64,000 nt of DNA from Nitrospirota bacterium (GTDB taxonomy: Bacteria > Nitrospirota > Thermodesulfovibrionia > Thermodesulfovibrionales > Dissulfurispiraceae), in NCBI GenBank assembly GCA_037441185.1, contig JBBISP010000005.1:5889-69888 (forward strand), read 5' to 3'. A program made the position numbers and the translations under genes. Every line of letters starts with the position of its first letter. Within the stretch, counting starts at the first letter, position 1. Shown piece by piece: positions 16,522-25,051 of the stretch. The notes beneath the pieces are model-generated. The model was not told the DNA's origin. It searched no databases and was given only the letters and a program-made list of their open reading frames with translations.

Positions 16522-16563
16522 ATAGTCCATAGTCCATAGTCCATAGACTATAGACTATAGATT
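16522..16563. repeat. Six tandem heptads (ATAGTCC x3, ATAGACT x2, ATAGATT) filling the flgL-csrA gap
   Basis: Read directly. The mRNA strand reads UCUAUAG UCUAUAG UCUAUGG ACUAUGG ACUAUGG ACUAUUG followed by AAGGAGG and the csrA AUG. Confidence 0.9.
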
Positions 16564-17440
16564 ACCTTAAAAAATCAAACAATGACTGTGACAATGTTCG
16601 AGACGCTGTTTGCCTCAATGCCTGAAGGACAAACTCTGCTTTTGATATATCGCTTGCAGTCTCTACAAAGTCTGCATCCTCTGTGCTGGAAAGAACAGAT
16701 TTGAGATTAACATCAGCGCTTTCAAGCCTGTTTATCTGATCATCAAGGCGATTCAATCTTGCGCCAATGTCTGCCAATGCTGCATTAATACTTCCGAGTG
16801 CGCCATCTATGCTGCCAATGGATGTTTGCAATGTTGCTATATCATTATTCATAAGGGCGTTTCTTAAGTCATCAGCAATCTTCATAAAGCTCTCGCCATT
16901 GTACTGAAATGCTGTGCTGCCTGCAATATTGACAGATATAGCTGCGTCTCTGTCTATCATTACATTCATCATCCCTGAATCTCCATTGTAACTGAAATCA
17001 TGACTAAAGGAAGGCATATCTGTCCTGAACCCGGAAAAGATATACCTGTCCCTGAACTTACTATTAGAGAGACTAAGAAGATGTTCTGTCAACCTTGCCG
17101 TCTCTTTTGCGATGGATGCCCTGTTTTCAGCATTTAATGCGCCATCTGAGCCCTGAATAGCAAGTTCTTTTAGCCTGATAATCGCCTCTGAAACAGAAGA
17201 CATAACATCTTCTGTAAAACGAAGATGGGAAACAGCTTCATTAATGTTTCTTCTGTACTGGTCATTGGAATTAATGCTCAACCTGTAATCCATTGCCCTG
17301 ACAGCGCTCATTATATCATCAGAGGGTTTATCAATCTTCTTGCCTGATGAAAGACGGCTATGAAGCACAGACATCTCTCCTAAATTTCTCTGGATAGACC
17401 TTACAGTTTGGTTATATATCATAAATTGTGTGACTCTCAT
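16562..17440 (-). CDS. flgL: Hook-filament junction protein FlgL
   Basis: MRVTQFMIYNQTVRSIQRNLGEMSVLHSRLSSGKKIDKPSDD is a flagellin-like N-terminus typical of FlgL. C-terminus QALRQTASRTLSQSLFDFLR. Start at 17440 avoids overlap with flgK. Confidence 0.9.
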   Translation of the reverse strand: MRVTQFMIYNQTVRSIQRNLGEMSVLHSRLSSGKKIDKPSDDIMSAVRAMDYRLSINSNDQYRRNINEAVSHLRFTEDVMSSVSEAIIRLKELAIQGSDGALNAENRASIAKETARLTEHLLSLSNSKFRDRYIFSGFRTDMPSFSHDFSYNGDSGMMNVMIDRDAAISVNIAGSTAFQYNGESFMKIADDLRNALMNNDIATLQTSIGSIDGALGSINAALADIGARLNRLDDQINRLESADVNLKSVLSSTEDADFVETASDISKAEFVLQALRQTASRTLSQSLFDFLR

Positions 17441-17447
17441 ATGTTCC

Positions 17448-19061
17448 TCATAAATTGAGTATTGTCTGAAGCAGTTCATCTGTTACCTTGATCATCCTTG
17501 CCCCTGCCTCAAAAGACCGCTGAAACTTGATTAGATTTGCAGCTTCTTCATCGAGGGAAACGCCGGAAAGGGCTTCCCTTCTGTTATTCAATTCATTAAG
17601 AAGGTTTTCATCAAATCTGAGACTGTCAGAAGATGCCCTGCTCATAGTCCCAAGTCTTGAAACAATTCCTCTGTAAAAAACATTAAAATTGCTATCTAGT
17701 CCTGCAATGCTTTTGGTTGAAAGTTCTGCCATGCGAAGGGCATTGCCGTTGTCTCCTGGCAGAGTTAAATTAGACGAAGCTGCTGCTATCTTTAAAGGAT
17801 CTGATATTTCAACCCTAAAGTTTTTTATGGCATCTGTTAGTGGACTGATGAAAAATCTGTCATTGTCGCTAACAGCGCCTGTTATTACTATGCTTATACC
17901 ATCAAATGTTATAGGACTGCCCGATGAATATACGCCTGATGCTGCAACCGCTCCAGTCCTTATATTACGCACATTGTAATTGCCGGAGTTAAAAATTATA
18001 TCGTATTCATCGAGGGTCAGAGCCGAGAGATCGCTGACTGTTGCTGATGTCATATCTGCTCCTGATGAATAGTCTGATGCGGATATCTGGATGGGATCAA
18101 AAAAGTTGTTTCCTGTTGATGCATCAAGGCTATAGCCTAACCTGTGAATAAGATTTGTCTCCTTTATAAGCGATGCAATAAGCTTTCTCAATGATTTAAG
18201 CGCAACTGACTCTATGTTATTTCTAACATCAAAAAGTCCGCCAAGTTGTCCTCTGTTTATATATGGCGTGATATTTGCATCTCCTAAAAATATATTATTT
18301 TTGCCATCTACAGTTTTTATTGTCAGATTATTAACATTGACCCCGTAAACGAGATTTCTCGTGCCTGCCTGTATAGTAATAGCCCCGCTTTTGTCTTCAA
18401 AATATGAAATATTTATATATTCGGATAACTCTTTCAGAAGCAAATCACGCTGATCTCTAAGGTCGCCTGCTTTTTCATACTGCTGTCCTGCCTCTATCTG
18501 AACAATGTTTTCATTTAGTCTCGCTATTTCTGAAGATATGACATTTATGCGGTCTGCAATATTGCTGATTGACTCTTCTATATTTTTCAATGTTTTCGTA
18601 ATATTCATCTCCATATGCCTTGCTGACTGGACAAGGACATTAGCCTTCTGAAGCATAACAATCCTTTGCGGCTGACCTTCAGGGTATGCTGCAATCTCCT
18701 GCCATGAATTGAAATAATCAATCACTGTTCTTGAAAGCCCTATGTCCTTCATCTCATTGAATACCTGCTCTATATGGCTTAATGCCTGATTCAGCGCAAA
18801 TGACCTGCCATAGTTTTGATGCTGTCCAAGCAGTTGAGATTGTATGAATGTGTCATAATGCCTTTTTACTGCGGAAATCCTTACGCCGCTTCCGAGGAAA
18901 CCTCCATAAATGGCAGCAGGGTTTGCTGTTTCGAGCGCTACTCCTCTCCGTGTAAACCCTGGTGTATTAACATTTGCGATATTGTGGCTTGTAATGCCAA
19001 GCGCTGCCTGACTGACAAACATCGCAGACTTGCTTATGTTGAACAACCCGAATAGTGACAA
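17448..19061 (-). CDS. flgK: Hook-filament junction protein FlgK
   Basis: SLFGLFNISKSAMFVSQAALGITSHNIANVNTPGFTRR. Proposed TTG start at 19061, with AAAGGAGG 6 nt upstream, immediately after the flgN stop. Confidence 0.9.
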   Translation of the reverse strand: MSLFGLFNISKSAMFVSQAALGITSHNIANVNTPGFTRRGVALETANPAAIYGGFLGSGVRISAVKRHYDTFIQSQLLGQHQNYGRSFALNQALSHIEQVFNEMKDIGLSRTVIDYFNSWQEIAAYPEGQPQRIVMLQKANVLVQSARHMEMNITKTLKNIEESISNIADRINVISSEIARLNENIVQIEAGQQYEKAGDLRDQRDLLLKELSEYINISYFEDKSGAITIQAGTRNLVYGVNVNNLTIKTVDGKNNIFLGDANITPYINRGQLGGLFDVRNNIESVALKSLRKLIASLIKETNLIHRLGYSLDASTGNNFFDPIQISASDYSSGADMTSATVSDLSALTLDEYDIIFNSGNYNVRNIRTGAVAASGVYSSGSPITFDGISIVITGAVSDNDRFFISPLTDAIKNFRVEISDPLKIAAASSNLTLPGDNGNALRMAELSTKSIAGLDSNFNVFYRGIVSRLGTMSRASSDSLRFDENLLNELNNRREALSGVSLDEEAANLIKFQRSFEAGARMIKVTDELLQTILNL

Positions 19062-19062
19062 T

Positions 19063-19518
19063 CTATGCCTCCTTTGAAAGCACGGCGCCTGCAACTCCCT
19101 GATTCATACAAAGACCAAACGAATCAAAAAAACCCGCAGCATTTTTAAAAAAAACCATGGATCTCTCCATCAATATCCTGTTAAACTCATTCAATTCTGC
19201 TATGCTCTGAAATATCGAGACAACCTGCAACCTGAACCCCTGCAAGGCATGGTCGCCTGTCAATCCGCAGAGCCTATCCAGATTAATATCTCCATCAATG
19301 CTTTTGTCTGTTGCAAATTTATTCATAAGCCTGTTTTTTTCTTCTTCAAGCAGTCTCAGCCACAGAATAATGGTATCCTTTTCCTTTGACAGATTCTCAA
19401 GCTCAGAAACATCAAGCTCTATCAAACACTCCCGCTCCTTCTGCAGCACATCAAGGAGCATGCTGGCAGCGTTAATCTGCTTCATAAGAATATTTTTTAT
19501 GCCTTCAATAAGGTTCAT
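19063..19518 (-). CDS. flgN: FlgN-family export chaperone
   Basis: Helical 151-aa protein (LLDVLQKERECLIELDVSELENLSKEKDTIILWLRLLEEEKNRL) in the conserved flgM-flgN-flgK position. Confidence 0.72.
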   Translation of the reverse strand: MNLIEGIKNILMKQINAASMLLDVLQKERECLIELDVSELENLSKEKDTIILWLRLLEEEKNRLMNKFATDKSIDGDINLDRLCGLTGDHALQGFRLQVVSIFQSIAELNEFNRILMERSMVFFKNAAGFFDSFGLCMNQGVAGAVLSKEA

Positions 19519-19802
19519 AGCTCCTTAAGTATCTTATCCGCTATTTTCGCAACATCAATATTGTAATTGCCTGTCTCTATGGCTTCCTTTATAGCCTTAA
19601 CTTTATCTGCCCTGACATCAGGAATTTTATTTATGGCATTCATCAGCGCCGCCACATCCCTGCCTTCTCCAGAGATATCAACCCTGTCAATTAGATTTTT
19701 TTCTTTTGCTGAAACCTTTCCTTTTGTTTCAGCGCCGTTAATATTACGGATTTTAAGATTCACATCCTGACTATCCGGCGGTCTATTTCCATTTATCTTC
19801 AT
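19515..19802 (-). CDS. flgM: Anti-sigma-28 factor FlgM
   Basis: C-terminal VRADKVKAIKEAIETGNYNIDVAKIADKILK is the FlgM signature. Confidence 0.88.
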   Translation of the reverse strand: MKINGNRPPDSQDVNLKIRNINGAETKGKVSAKEKNLIDRVDISGEGRDVAALMNAINKIPDVRADKVKAIKEAIETGNYNIDVAKIADKILKEL

Positions 19803-19830
19803 TTGGCCCTCCTGTTCTTTAGTTATTTTT

Positions 19831-19857
19831 ATATCGGAGTTTTCCAGAAATTCTTTA
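19831..19857 (-). promoter_or_regulatory. Sigma-28 (FliA) promoter of the flgM operon
   Basis: The minus strand reads TAAAGAAT-N11-TCCGATAT, in the 57-nt gap between the flgJ stop and the flgM start. Confidence 0.75.
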
Positions 19858-19859
19858 AT

Positions 19860-20582
19860 CTATCGCATTGCCAAAACATTTATAGGATCTATGCTCTTAC
19901 CATCGTATCTGACTTCAAAATGCAGATGAGGCCCTGTGGATGCGCCTGTGCTTCCAACCTCTGCTATAACAGCAGCCGCATCCACATAATCTCCCTCTTT
20001 CACAAGATTCACCCTGTTGTGGGCATATTTTGTTATATAACCATTTCCATGATCAACCACTACAACATTTCCATAGCCAGCTTCTTCACCGCTAAATATC
20101 ACCCTGCCGCTCATTGCTGAATAAACAGGTGTTCCTTCAGGGGCTGAAATGTCTACACCATGATGAAATCTATAATCACCGTATATAGGGTGTTTTCTCA
20201 TCCCAAAAGAAGAGCTAATTTCGCCTGCAACTGGCAAAAAAGAGGGTCTTATTTTTGGAAATAGGGGTTCGGATCCAGCAGATATAGATGAAAAAGATGG
20301 AGGATCTATATGACTGTTAAATCCCTTAATAAGCATATCCTGAAGCCCGAGCCCTTTTTCAGCAAAAAGCCTTGCAATCTCCATATCAAACATGCTCATA
20401 TAGACATCTTTGCCAAAAGAGTTCTCGGATGAAGCAAGGGTAGTCTGCCTCATTGCTTTTATCATCTCAAATGCAAATAAAGACTCCATTTCCTTGGCAA
20501 CTGACTTAACAGCCTCCAAATCTTTTCTTCCCTTTAGCCCTTCTAATTTATGGCCGCTGTAAATGTCGTGTTGAATTTTCAT
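19860..20582 (-). CDS. flgJ: FlgJ-type rod-binding domain fused to an M23 (LytM-type) metallopeptidase domain
   Basis: N-terminal rod-binding pattern AKEMESLFAFEMIKAMRQT. C-terminal M23 motifs HHGVDISAPEGTPVYS and GSTGASTGPHLHFEV. Confidence 0.85.
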   Translation of the reverse strand: MKIQHDIYSGHKLEGLKGRKDLEAVKSVAKEMESLFAFEMIKAMRQTTLASSENSFGKDVYMSMFDMEIARLFAEKGLGLQDMLIKGFNSHIDPPSFSSISAGSEPLFPKIRPSFLPVAGEISSSFGMRKHPIYGDYRFHHGVDISAPEGTPVYSAMSGRVIFSGEEAGYGNVVVVDHGNGYITKYAHNRVNLVKEGDYVDAAAVIAEVGSTGASTGPHLHFEVRYDGKSIDPINVLAMR

Positions 20583-20609
20583 CTAAAAAACCTTCCCTTA
20601 TGTCTTACG

Positions 20610-21740
20610 CTAAATTATCTCTATCTCAGCTCTCAATGCCCCTGCTGCCTTTAATGCCTGAAGTATTGATATAAGGTCCCTTGACGTTACACCGAGGGCA
20701 TTTAATGCCCTTATTATCTCGCTGAGTGTTACCCCTGATACCTCTACAAGGGAAGCCTGCTGTTCCTTGACATCAACCTCCCTTTGGGGAACAACAACAG
20801 TCTCAGCCCCTTTTGGCGCAAATGGCAAAGGCTGGGAAACACCAAATTCTGTCTTTATATCTATAGTAAGACTGCCATGCGCTATAGCAACAGGAGATAT
20901 CTTAACATTATCACCAATCACAATCGTTCCAGTTCTTTCGTTTATTACAACCCTCGCAGGGACATCAATAGAAACATCTATTCTTTCTATAAGGGTAAGA
21001 AATTCGACAACCTTGTCTTTATAATGAGAAGGGATACGGAGTCTCACTGAGGATGCGTCTATTGTTGAAGCGCTATCATATCCGATATTGTCATTAATTC
21101 TTTTAACAATTTCTGATGCTACAGTAAAATCAGGGCGGTGTAAAAATATCCTTATCTCATCTCCACTTATAAGCTTAAACTCGGGTTCGACCTCAATCAA
21201 AACACCTTCAGGAACCCTTCCAGTAGTCAGATGATTTTTCTGAACAGTTGTGCCGCCTTCGCCTCCTTTAAAGCCGCCAATAGAAACTTGACCCTGCGCA
21301 AGGGCATAAACCCTTCCATCAGGTCCTTTAAGCGGCGTTAGAAGCAAGGTGCCTCCCTGTAGGCTCTTTGCGTCGCCGATAGTGGATACCACAGCATCAA
21401 TTCTTGTTCCCGACTTTGGAAAAGGCGGGAGCTTTGCAGTTACGATAACAGAGGCTGCATTCTTTGATTTTATGTCATTAGGGGCCGCTGTTATGCCTAT
21501 CCTTTGAAGCATATTCGCTATGCTCTGGGAAGTTGCGAGTCCCTTGTCTCCAGTGCCATCCAGACCAACAACAAGCCCATACCCTATAAGCTGATTTTCT
21601 CTCACTCCTTCAAAGTTTGCAATGTCTTTTATGCGTTCAGCGTGAGCGGCAGTGAATGGTGAACAGTGAATAATGAACAGAAAAAAACAAAAAATAAGAG
21701 TTTTTTTTATTTTTTCGATATATGCGGTTTTTGAATTCAT
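20610..21740 (-). CDS. flgI: Flagellar P-ring protein FlgI
   Basis: Signal peptide, then ERIKDIANFEGVRENQLIGYGLVVGLDGTGD, ending in LKAAGALRAEIEII. Confidence 0.95.
   Translation of the reverse strand: MNSKTAYIEKIKKTLIFCFFLFIIHCSPFTAAHAERIKDIANFEGVRENQLIGYGLVVGLDGTGDKGLATSQSIANMLQRIGITAAPNDIKSKNAASVIVTAKLPPFPKSGTRIDAVVSTIGDAKSLQGGTLLLTPLKGPDGRVYALAQGQVSIGGFKGGEGGTTVQKNHLTTGRVPEGVLIEVEPEFKLISGDEIRIFLHRPDFTVASEIVKRINDNIGYDSASTIDASSVRLRIPSHYKDKVVEFLTLIERIDVSIDVPARVVINERTGTIVIGDNVKISPVAIAHGSLTIDIKTEFGVSQPLPFAPKGAETVVVPQREVDVKEQQASLVEVSGVTLSEIIRALNALGVTSRDLISILQALKAAGALRAEIEII
21648..21680. repeat. Arm A of a long-range inverted repeat (heptad-periodic GTGAAYR units) inside flgI signal-peptide codons
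   Basis: GGCAGTGAATGGTGAACAGT... on the plus strand. Its partner is at 21759..21791. Confidence 0.85.
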
Positions 21741-21758
21741 TCTTTATGCTCCTTTTTA

Positions 21759-21791
21759 CTATTCACTAACGACTGTTCACTATTCACTGCC
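21759..21791. repeat. Arm B of the inverted repeat, in the flgH-flgI gap
   Basis: The reverse complement reads GGCAGTGAATAGTGAACAGT..., matching 19 of the first 20 nt of arm A. Confidence 0.85.
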
Positions 21792-21792
21792 T

Positions 21793-22527
21793 CTAAAACG
21801 GCCATACCTTATCCAAAATTCTCACAAGCCAGCCAGGACTCTGTTTATCTTGAACAACCCCGTCGCCGACAAGGTATATCTCGGCGTCTGCCACCCTGCT
21901 GCTCAGTATAGTATTGTCTGAAGCAATATCATCAGGTCTTATCATGCCTCTAAAAATAAGCACCTGTTTCTCTTTGTTTATAGTTATATCCTTTCTTGAC
22001 TCAAGAACAAGATTTCCATTAGGCATCGCTTCCACAATCTTTGCTGTGATGGTGCCTATGAGTTTGCCTTCTCTTGCTGTATTGCCGTCTCCTTTGAAGT
22101 CTGATTTCCCCTTGCCCTTGACAGTTGGAGAGAATACATTAGAACCCTTATAAAAACCCTTTAACCCCCAGACATTATGAAGATTAAAGTCATTGTTCAT
22201 TCCAAAAAAGTCTGTCATGCTGTAATCTGCTGATGAATCGCGGCTGGTGCTTGTGTCAGCGCTATTTGAACCAACTATGTTTTCAATGACCTTTATTGTT
22301 ACCAGATCATTGACCCTCCTTGCTTTTATATCTTCAAAAAGCCCTGCACTGTTACGCCACAAGGAGTTGGTGGAGGGCATCGGCGCTGCAGCTTCCTGAT
22401 AAACATACTTTGGAGGGTGAGACGGAAGCTGGGGTGAAGTAGCGCAGCCTGAGATTAAAAAAAGGATACAGAATGCAAAATACAGGATATAAAATTTTTC
22501 ATCCTTTAGTCTGACTTTTAACTCCAT
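21793..22527 (-). CDS. flgH: Flagellar L-ring lipoprotein FlgH
   Basis: Lipobox LISGC, then LWRNSAGLFEDIKARRVNDLVTIKV and GWLVRILDKVWPF. Preferred start is the ATG at 22527. Confidence 0.92.
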   Translation of the reverse strand: MELKVRLKDEKFYILYFAFCILFLISGCATSPQLPSHPPKYVYQEAAAPMPSTNSLWRNSAGLFEDIKARRVNDLVTIKVIENIVGSNSADTSTSRDSSADYSMTDFFGMNNDFNLHNVWGLKGFYKGSNVFSPTVKGKGKSDFKGDGNTAREGKLIGTITAKIVEAMPNGNLVLESRKDITINKEKQVLIFRGMIRPDDIASDNTILSSRVADAEIYLVGDGVVQDKQSPGWLVRILDKVWPF

Positions 22528-22528
22528 C

Positions 22529-23191
22529 TCAGAACTCCACCTTAACTGTATTTTCATCTACAAGCCTGCCTGTTATGATTTTTTTTGTTGATATATTAAT
22601 GACCCTTACAAAAGAGCCTACATAGGCGCTTTCATTTGTCTCTCCTATTGTCGAAATATTCAATCCTGTCGATTCTGCTAATACTACTACCCTTTGCCCT
22701 TTTTTCACGAGCAAGGAATTGCTCATCATGCTGTCCAGTATCGGTTTATTTGCAACTGTCGAACGCGTCAATTGTTTGCCCACGACTGCATCAGGATTTC
22801 CGATAAATCCAGACGGCAATCGCGATATATCCATCAACATTACATAAACATCTTTTTCCTGAAGAAGAGATCCCTTAGACATTGGTCTTCTGCTCATTAC
22901 CACCCTTTCAAATATCCTGACATTTGCGGCAGCTTCTACTTTCCTTCCATTTTTAAATTCCATTGTAAATACTGTTTTTCCAGGTGGAGCTTTTATTATG
23001 TTTATCTTTGCAGGCCTTTCCTCAGGCAATGTCGAATTCACCGCTATATTATTTATCTCAACATCAGCCCATGGATAATTTTCTATGATATGCTCCTTTA
23101 GCATTTCCCCAGGACTCCATGCTGCTGCAAAAGATATGGAACAAAGAGCAACTAATAAGAAACCAGTAACGAGAGACGAATAACATTTCAT
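22529..23191 (-). CDS. flgA: P-ring assembly chaperone FlgA
   Basis: Signal peptide and a C-terminal pattern LVKKGQRVVVLAESTGLNISTIGETNESAYVGSFVRVIN typical of FlgA. Conserved position upstream of flgH. Confidence 0.85.
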   Translation of the reverse strand: MKCYSSLVTGFLLVALCSISFAAAWSPGEMLKEHIIENYPWADVEINNIAVNSTLPEERPAKINIIKAPPGKTVFTMEFKNGRKVEAAANVRIFERVVMSRRPMSKGSLLQEKDVYVMLMDISRLPSGFIGNPDAVVGKQLTRSTVANKPILDSMMSNSLLVKKGQRVVVLAESTGLNISTIGETNESAYVGSFVRVINISTKKIITGRLVDENTVKVEF

Positions 23192-23193
23192 AG

Positions 23194-23982
23194 TTATCTC
23201 CTCAGATTATTAGCTATCTGGAGCATATCATCTGACGCCTGAACTGCCTTTGAATTAATCTCATAAGCCCTCTGGCTCACGATCATATTCACCATCTCCT
23301 CTACTATGTTCACATTGCTGAGTTCAAGAAAACCCTGAGCTATTGTGCCTATCCCTTCGCTGCCTGGATTGCCTGTTATTGGTTCACCTGATGACCCTGT
23401 TGGAACAAATAGGTTTTTGCCAAACGCCTTGAGTCCGGCAGGATTGATAAATCTGGCGAGTTCTATTTGCCCCACCTCTGTTGGCGCAGCGCTTCCAGTC
23501 TGAAGCGCTGAAACCTTTCCATCAGAGCCGACTGTTATATTTAAAGTATTTGAAGGTATAGTTATAGAAGGTTCCAGCGGATAGCCGTCAGAGGTCACGA
23601 TTCTTCCTTCGCTGTCAAGTTTAAATGCGCCTGTCCTTGTATATGCTACCTCGCCATCAGGTTTAAGTATCTTAAAAAAGCCGTCTCCTTCTATCACCAT
23701 ATCAAGATTATTACCGGTGCTTGCAAAATCACCCTGTGTGAAAATCTTTTGAACTGCCACAGGCCTTACCCCAAGTCCAACCTGAATGCCTGAAGGTATC
23801 TGCGCCCCTTCAGCAGACAAAGCCCCCGGCGTTTTTATATTTTGATACATAAGTTCCTGAAAATCAGCCCTTCCTTTTTTAAAGCCTGCTGTGTTTACAT
23901 TAGAGAGATTGTTTGCTATAACATCAATATTAAGCTTTTGCGCCTCCATCCCTGTTGCTGCTATAAACAATGACCTTATCAT
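23194..23982 (-). CDS. flgG: Distal rod protein FlgG
   Basis: [36 protein letters not shown] at the N-terminus and [30 protein letters not shown] at the C-terminus. Start at 23982 with an AGGGAGG RBS. Confidence 0.95.
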   Translation of the reverse strand: MIRSLFIAATGMEAQKLNIDVIANNLSNVNTAGFKKGRADFQELMYQNIKTPGALSAEGAQIPSGIQVGLGVRPVAVQKIFTQGDFASTGNNLDMVIEGDGFFKILKPDGEVAYTRTGAFKLDSEGRIVTSDGYPLEPSITIPSNTLNITVGSDGKVSALQTGSAAPTEVGQIELARFINPAGLKAFGKNLFVPTGSSGEPITGNPGSEGIGTIAQGFLELSNVNIVEEMVNMIVSQRAYEINSKAVQASDDMLQIANNLRR

Positions 23983-23992
23983 AAATCCTCCC

Positions 23993-24703
23993 TTATATTC
24001 TCGCCATATCGTTTGTGATCTTTGATGTAGCCTCATCAAGTGTTTGTATAGCCTTTTGATAAGACTCAAAATCCCTTAATGTGCTCATCATCATAATCAT
24101 CTCCTTAAAAATATCCACATTGGATAATTCAATATGTCCCTGCTCTACTGAAGCCTCTGACCTTATGCCTTCTTGGTTGGTTGAAAAAAGTCCATCTCCC
24201 AATCCTATAAGTGAGCCGATATCTTCAAAGTCCACTATCTTTAATTTTGCTACTTTGCTTCCATTTACATTAATATCGCCTGAAGGGGGTATCTCAACCT
24301 TACCCTTAGGTATCTGTATTGCGCCATTTTCACCTAAAACCTTAATTCCACTTTTTGTGATAAGATTGCCATTCATGTCTATTTTTAGATCGCCTTTCCT
24401 CGTATACATCCCTCCTTCAAGGCTTATAAAGCCCCTGCCGTTTATAGCTATATCAAAGGGATTGCCGGTCTTTATGATCTCGCCTCCTGAAAAATCTATC
24501 TTTGGTTCTGAGGCAACGGTCATAGCCCTTCCGTCATTGCTCCATGGGATATTATTCATCTGAGAGATAAGATGGTCATTAAAAGAAATCTTTGTCTGTT
24601 TAAATCCAACTGTGTTTGCATTGGCAATATTCTGAGATATCGCATCTATCCGCTCATGTCTCGAGACTGCGCCTGTGAGCGCTATATAAATTCCTTTATA
24701 CAT
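23993..24703 (-). CDS. flgF: Proximal rod protein FlgF
   Basis: [35 protein letters not shown] and a C-terminal rod/hook domain. Confidence 0.88.
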   Translation of the reverse strand: MYKGIYIALTGAVSRHERIDAISQNIANANTVGFKQTKISFNDHLISQMNNIPWSNDGRAMTVASEPKIDFSGGEIIKTGNPFDIAINGRGFISLEGGMYTRKGDLKIDMNGNLITKSGIKVLGENGAIQIPKGKVEIPPSGDINVNGSKVAKLKIVDFEDIGSLIGLGDGLFSTNQEGIRSEASVEQGHIELSNVDIFKEMIMMMSTLRDFESYQKAIQTLDEATSKITNDMARI

Positions 24704-24715
24704 GACAATTTATTT

Positions 24716-24731
24716 AGCAATATTTATGCCA
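24716..24731 (-). promoter_or_regulatory. Sigma-54-type promoter (TGGCAT-N5-TTGCT) upstream of flgF
   Basis: The minus strand reads TTGGCATAAATATTGCTAAATAAATTGTCATG, with correct GG-N10-GC spacing. The -12 GC lies only about 13 nt from the flgF ATG. Confidence 0.6.
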
Positions 24732-24786
24732 AAGTCATAAACAATGACATATCTGTCCAAAATAAATTTATAATAGGCTATAAAAC

Positions 24787-24949
24787 AAGGCGTATGGTTC
24801 AATTTCTGCAAAGCACGGTTTACTTTAACTCGGCTGAAGTCGTAAGCGGAAGCCGAGCAATACCATATGGCAAAAACATTATGGTCAGATAATGATTTGA
24901 ACTTACACTAATGTAGTTTCTTTGGCAAAGAAATTGAGCCATACGCCTT
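24787..24949. repeat. 163-nt element bounded by 21-nt inverted repeats (20/21 match) with internal hairpins
   Basis: AAGGCGTATGGTTCAATTTCT (24787..24807) versus AGAAATTGAGCCATACGCCTT (24929..24949). Inner stem CTCGGCT/AGCCGAG at 24829..24857. Confidence 0.7.
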
Positions 24950-25051
24950 AGATGGACCATTTGAGGCAGGTATGATTTTTCAGATTAAACATCCATGTTA
25001 CGATTGAACTGCCGCTGGAAAGGATTTCCTTATGTGAAAATTTTTTCCATT

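Noticed and set aside
16509-16544. N-terminal extensions offered by the ORF track (csrA MDYGLWTIEGGR, fliC 14153..14215, flgG 23983..24069, flgL, flgH, fliQ, fliJ, flhG, the cheW-cheZ fusion, PilZ, flgB)
   Set aside because: In each case an internal ATG or TTG is preceded by a GGAGG-type RBS, matches the conserved family N-terminus and removes overlap with the upstream gene. The csrA extension is simply a translation of the heptad DNA repeat.
16522-16563. Possible CRISPR array (also at 33846..33894)
   Set aside because: The units are 7 nt long, directly tandem and have no spacers, and no cas genes are present. These are microsatellite or STRR-like repeats, not CRISPR arrays.
24704-25051. c-di-GMP (GEMM-type) riboswitch upstream of flgF
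   Set aside because: GCAAAG and GGCAAA strings are present, and flagellar genes are common GEMM targets. However, I could not assemble the conserved P1/P2 architecture or the tetraloop-receptor features on either strand. Only an Infernal/Rfam scan could revive this idea.
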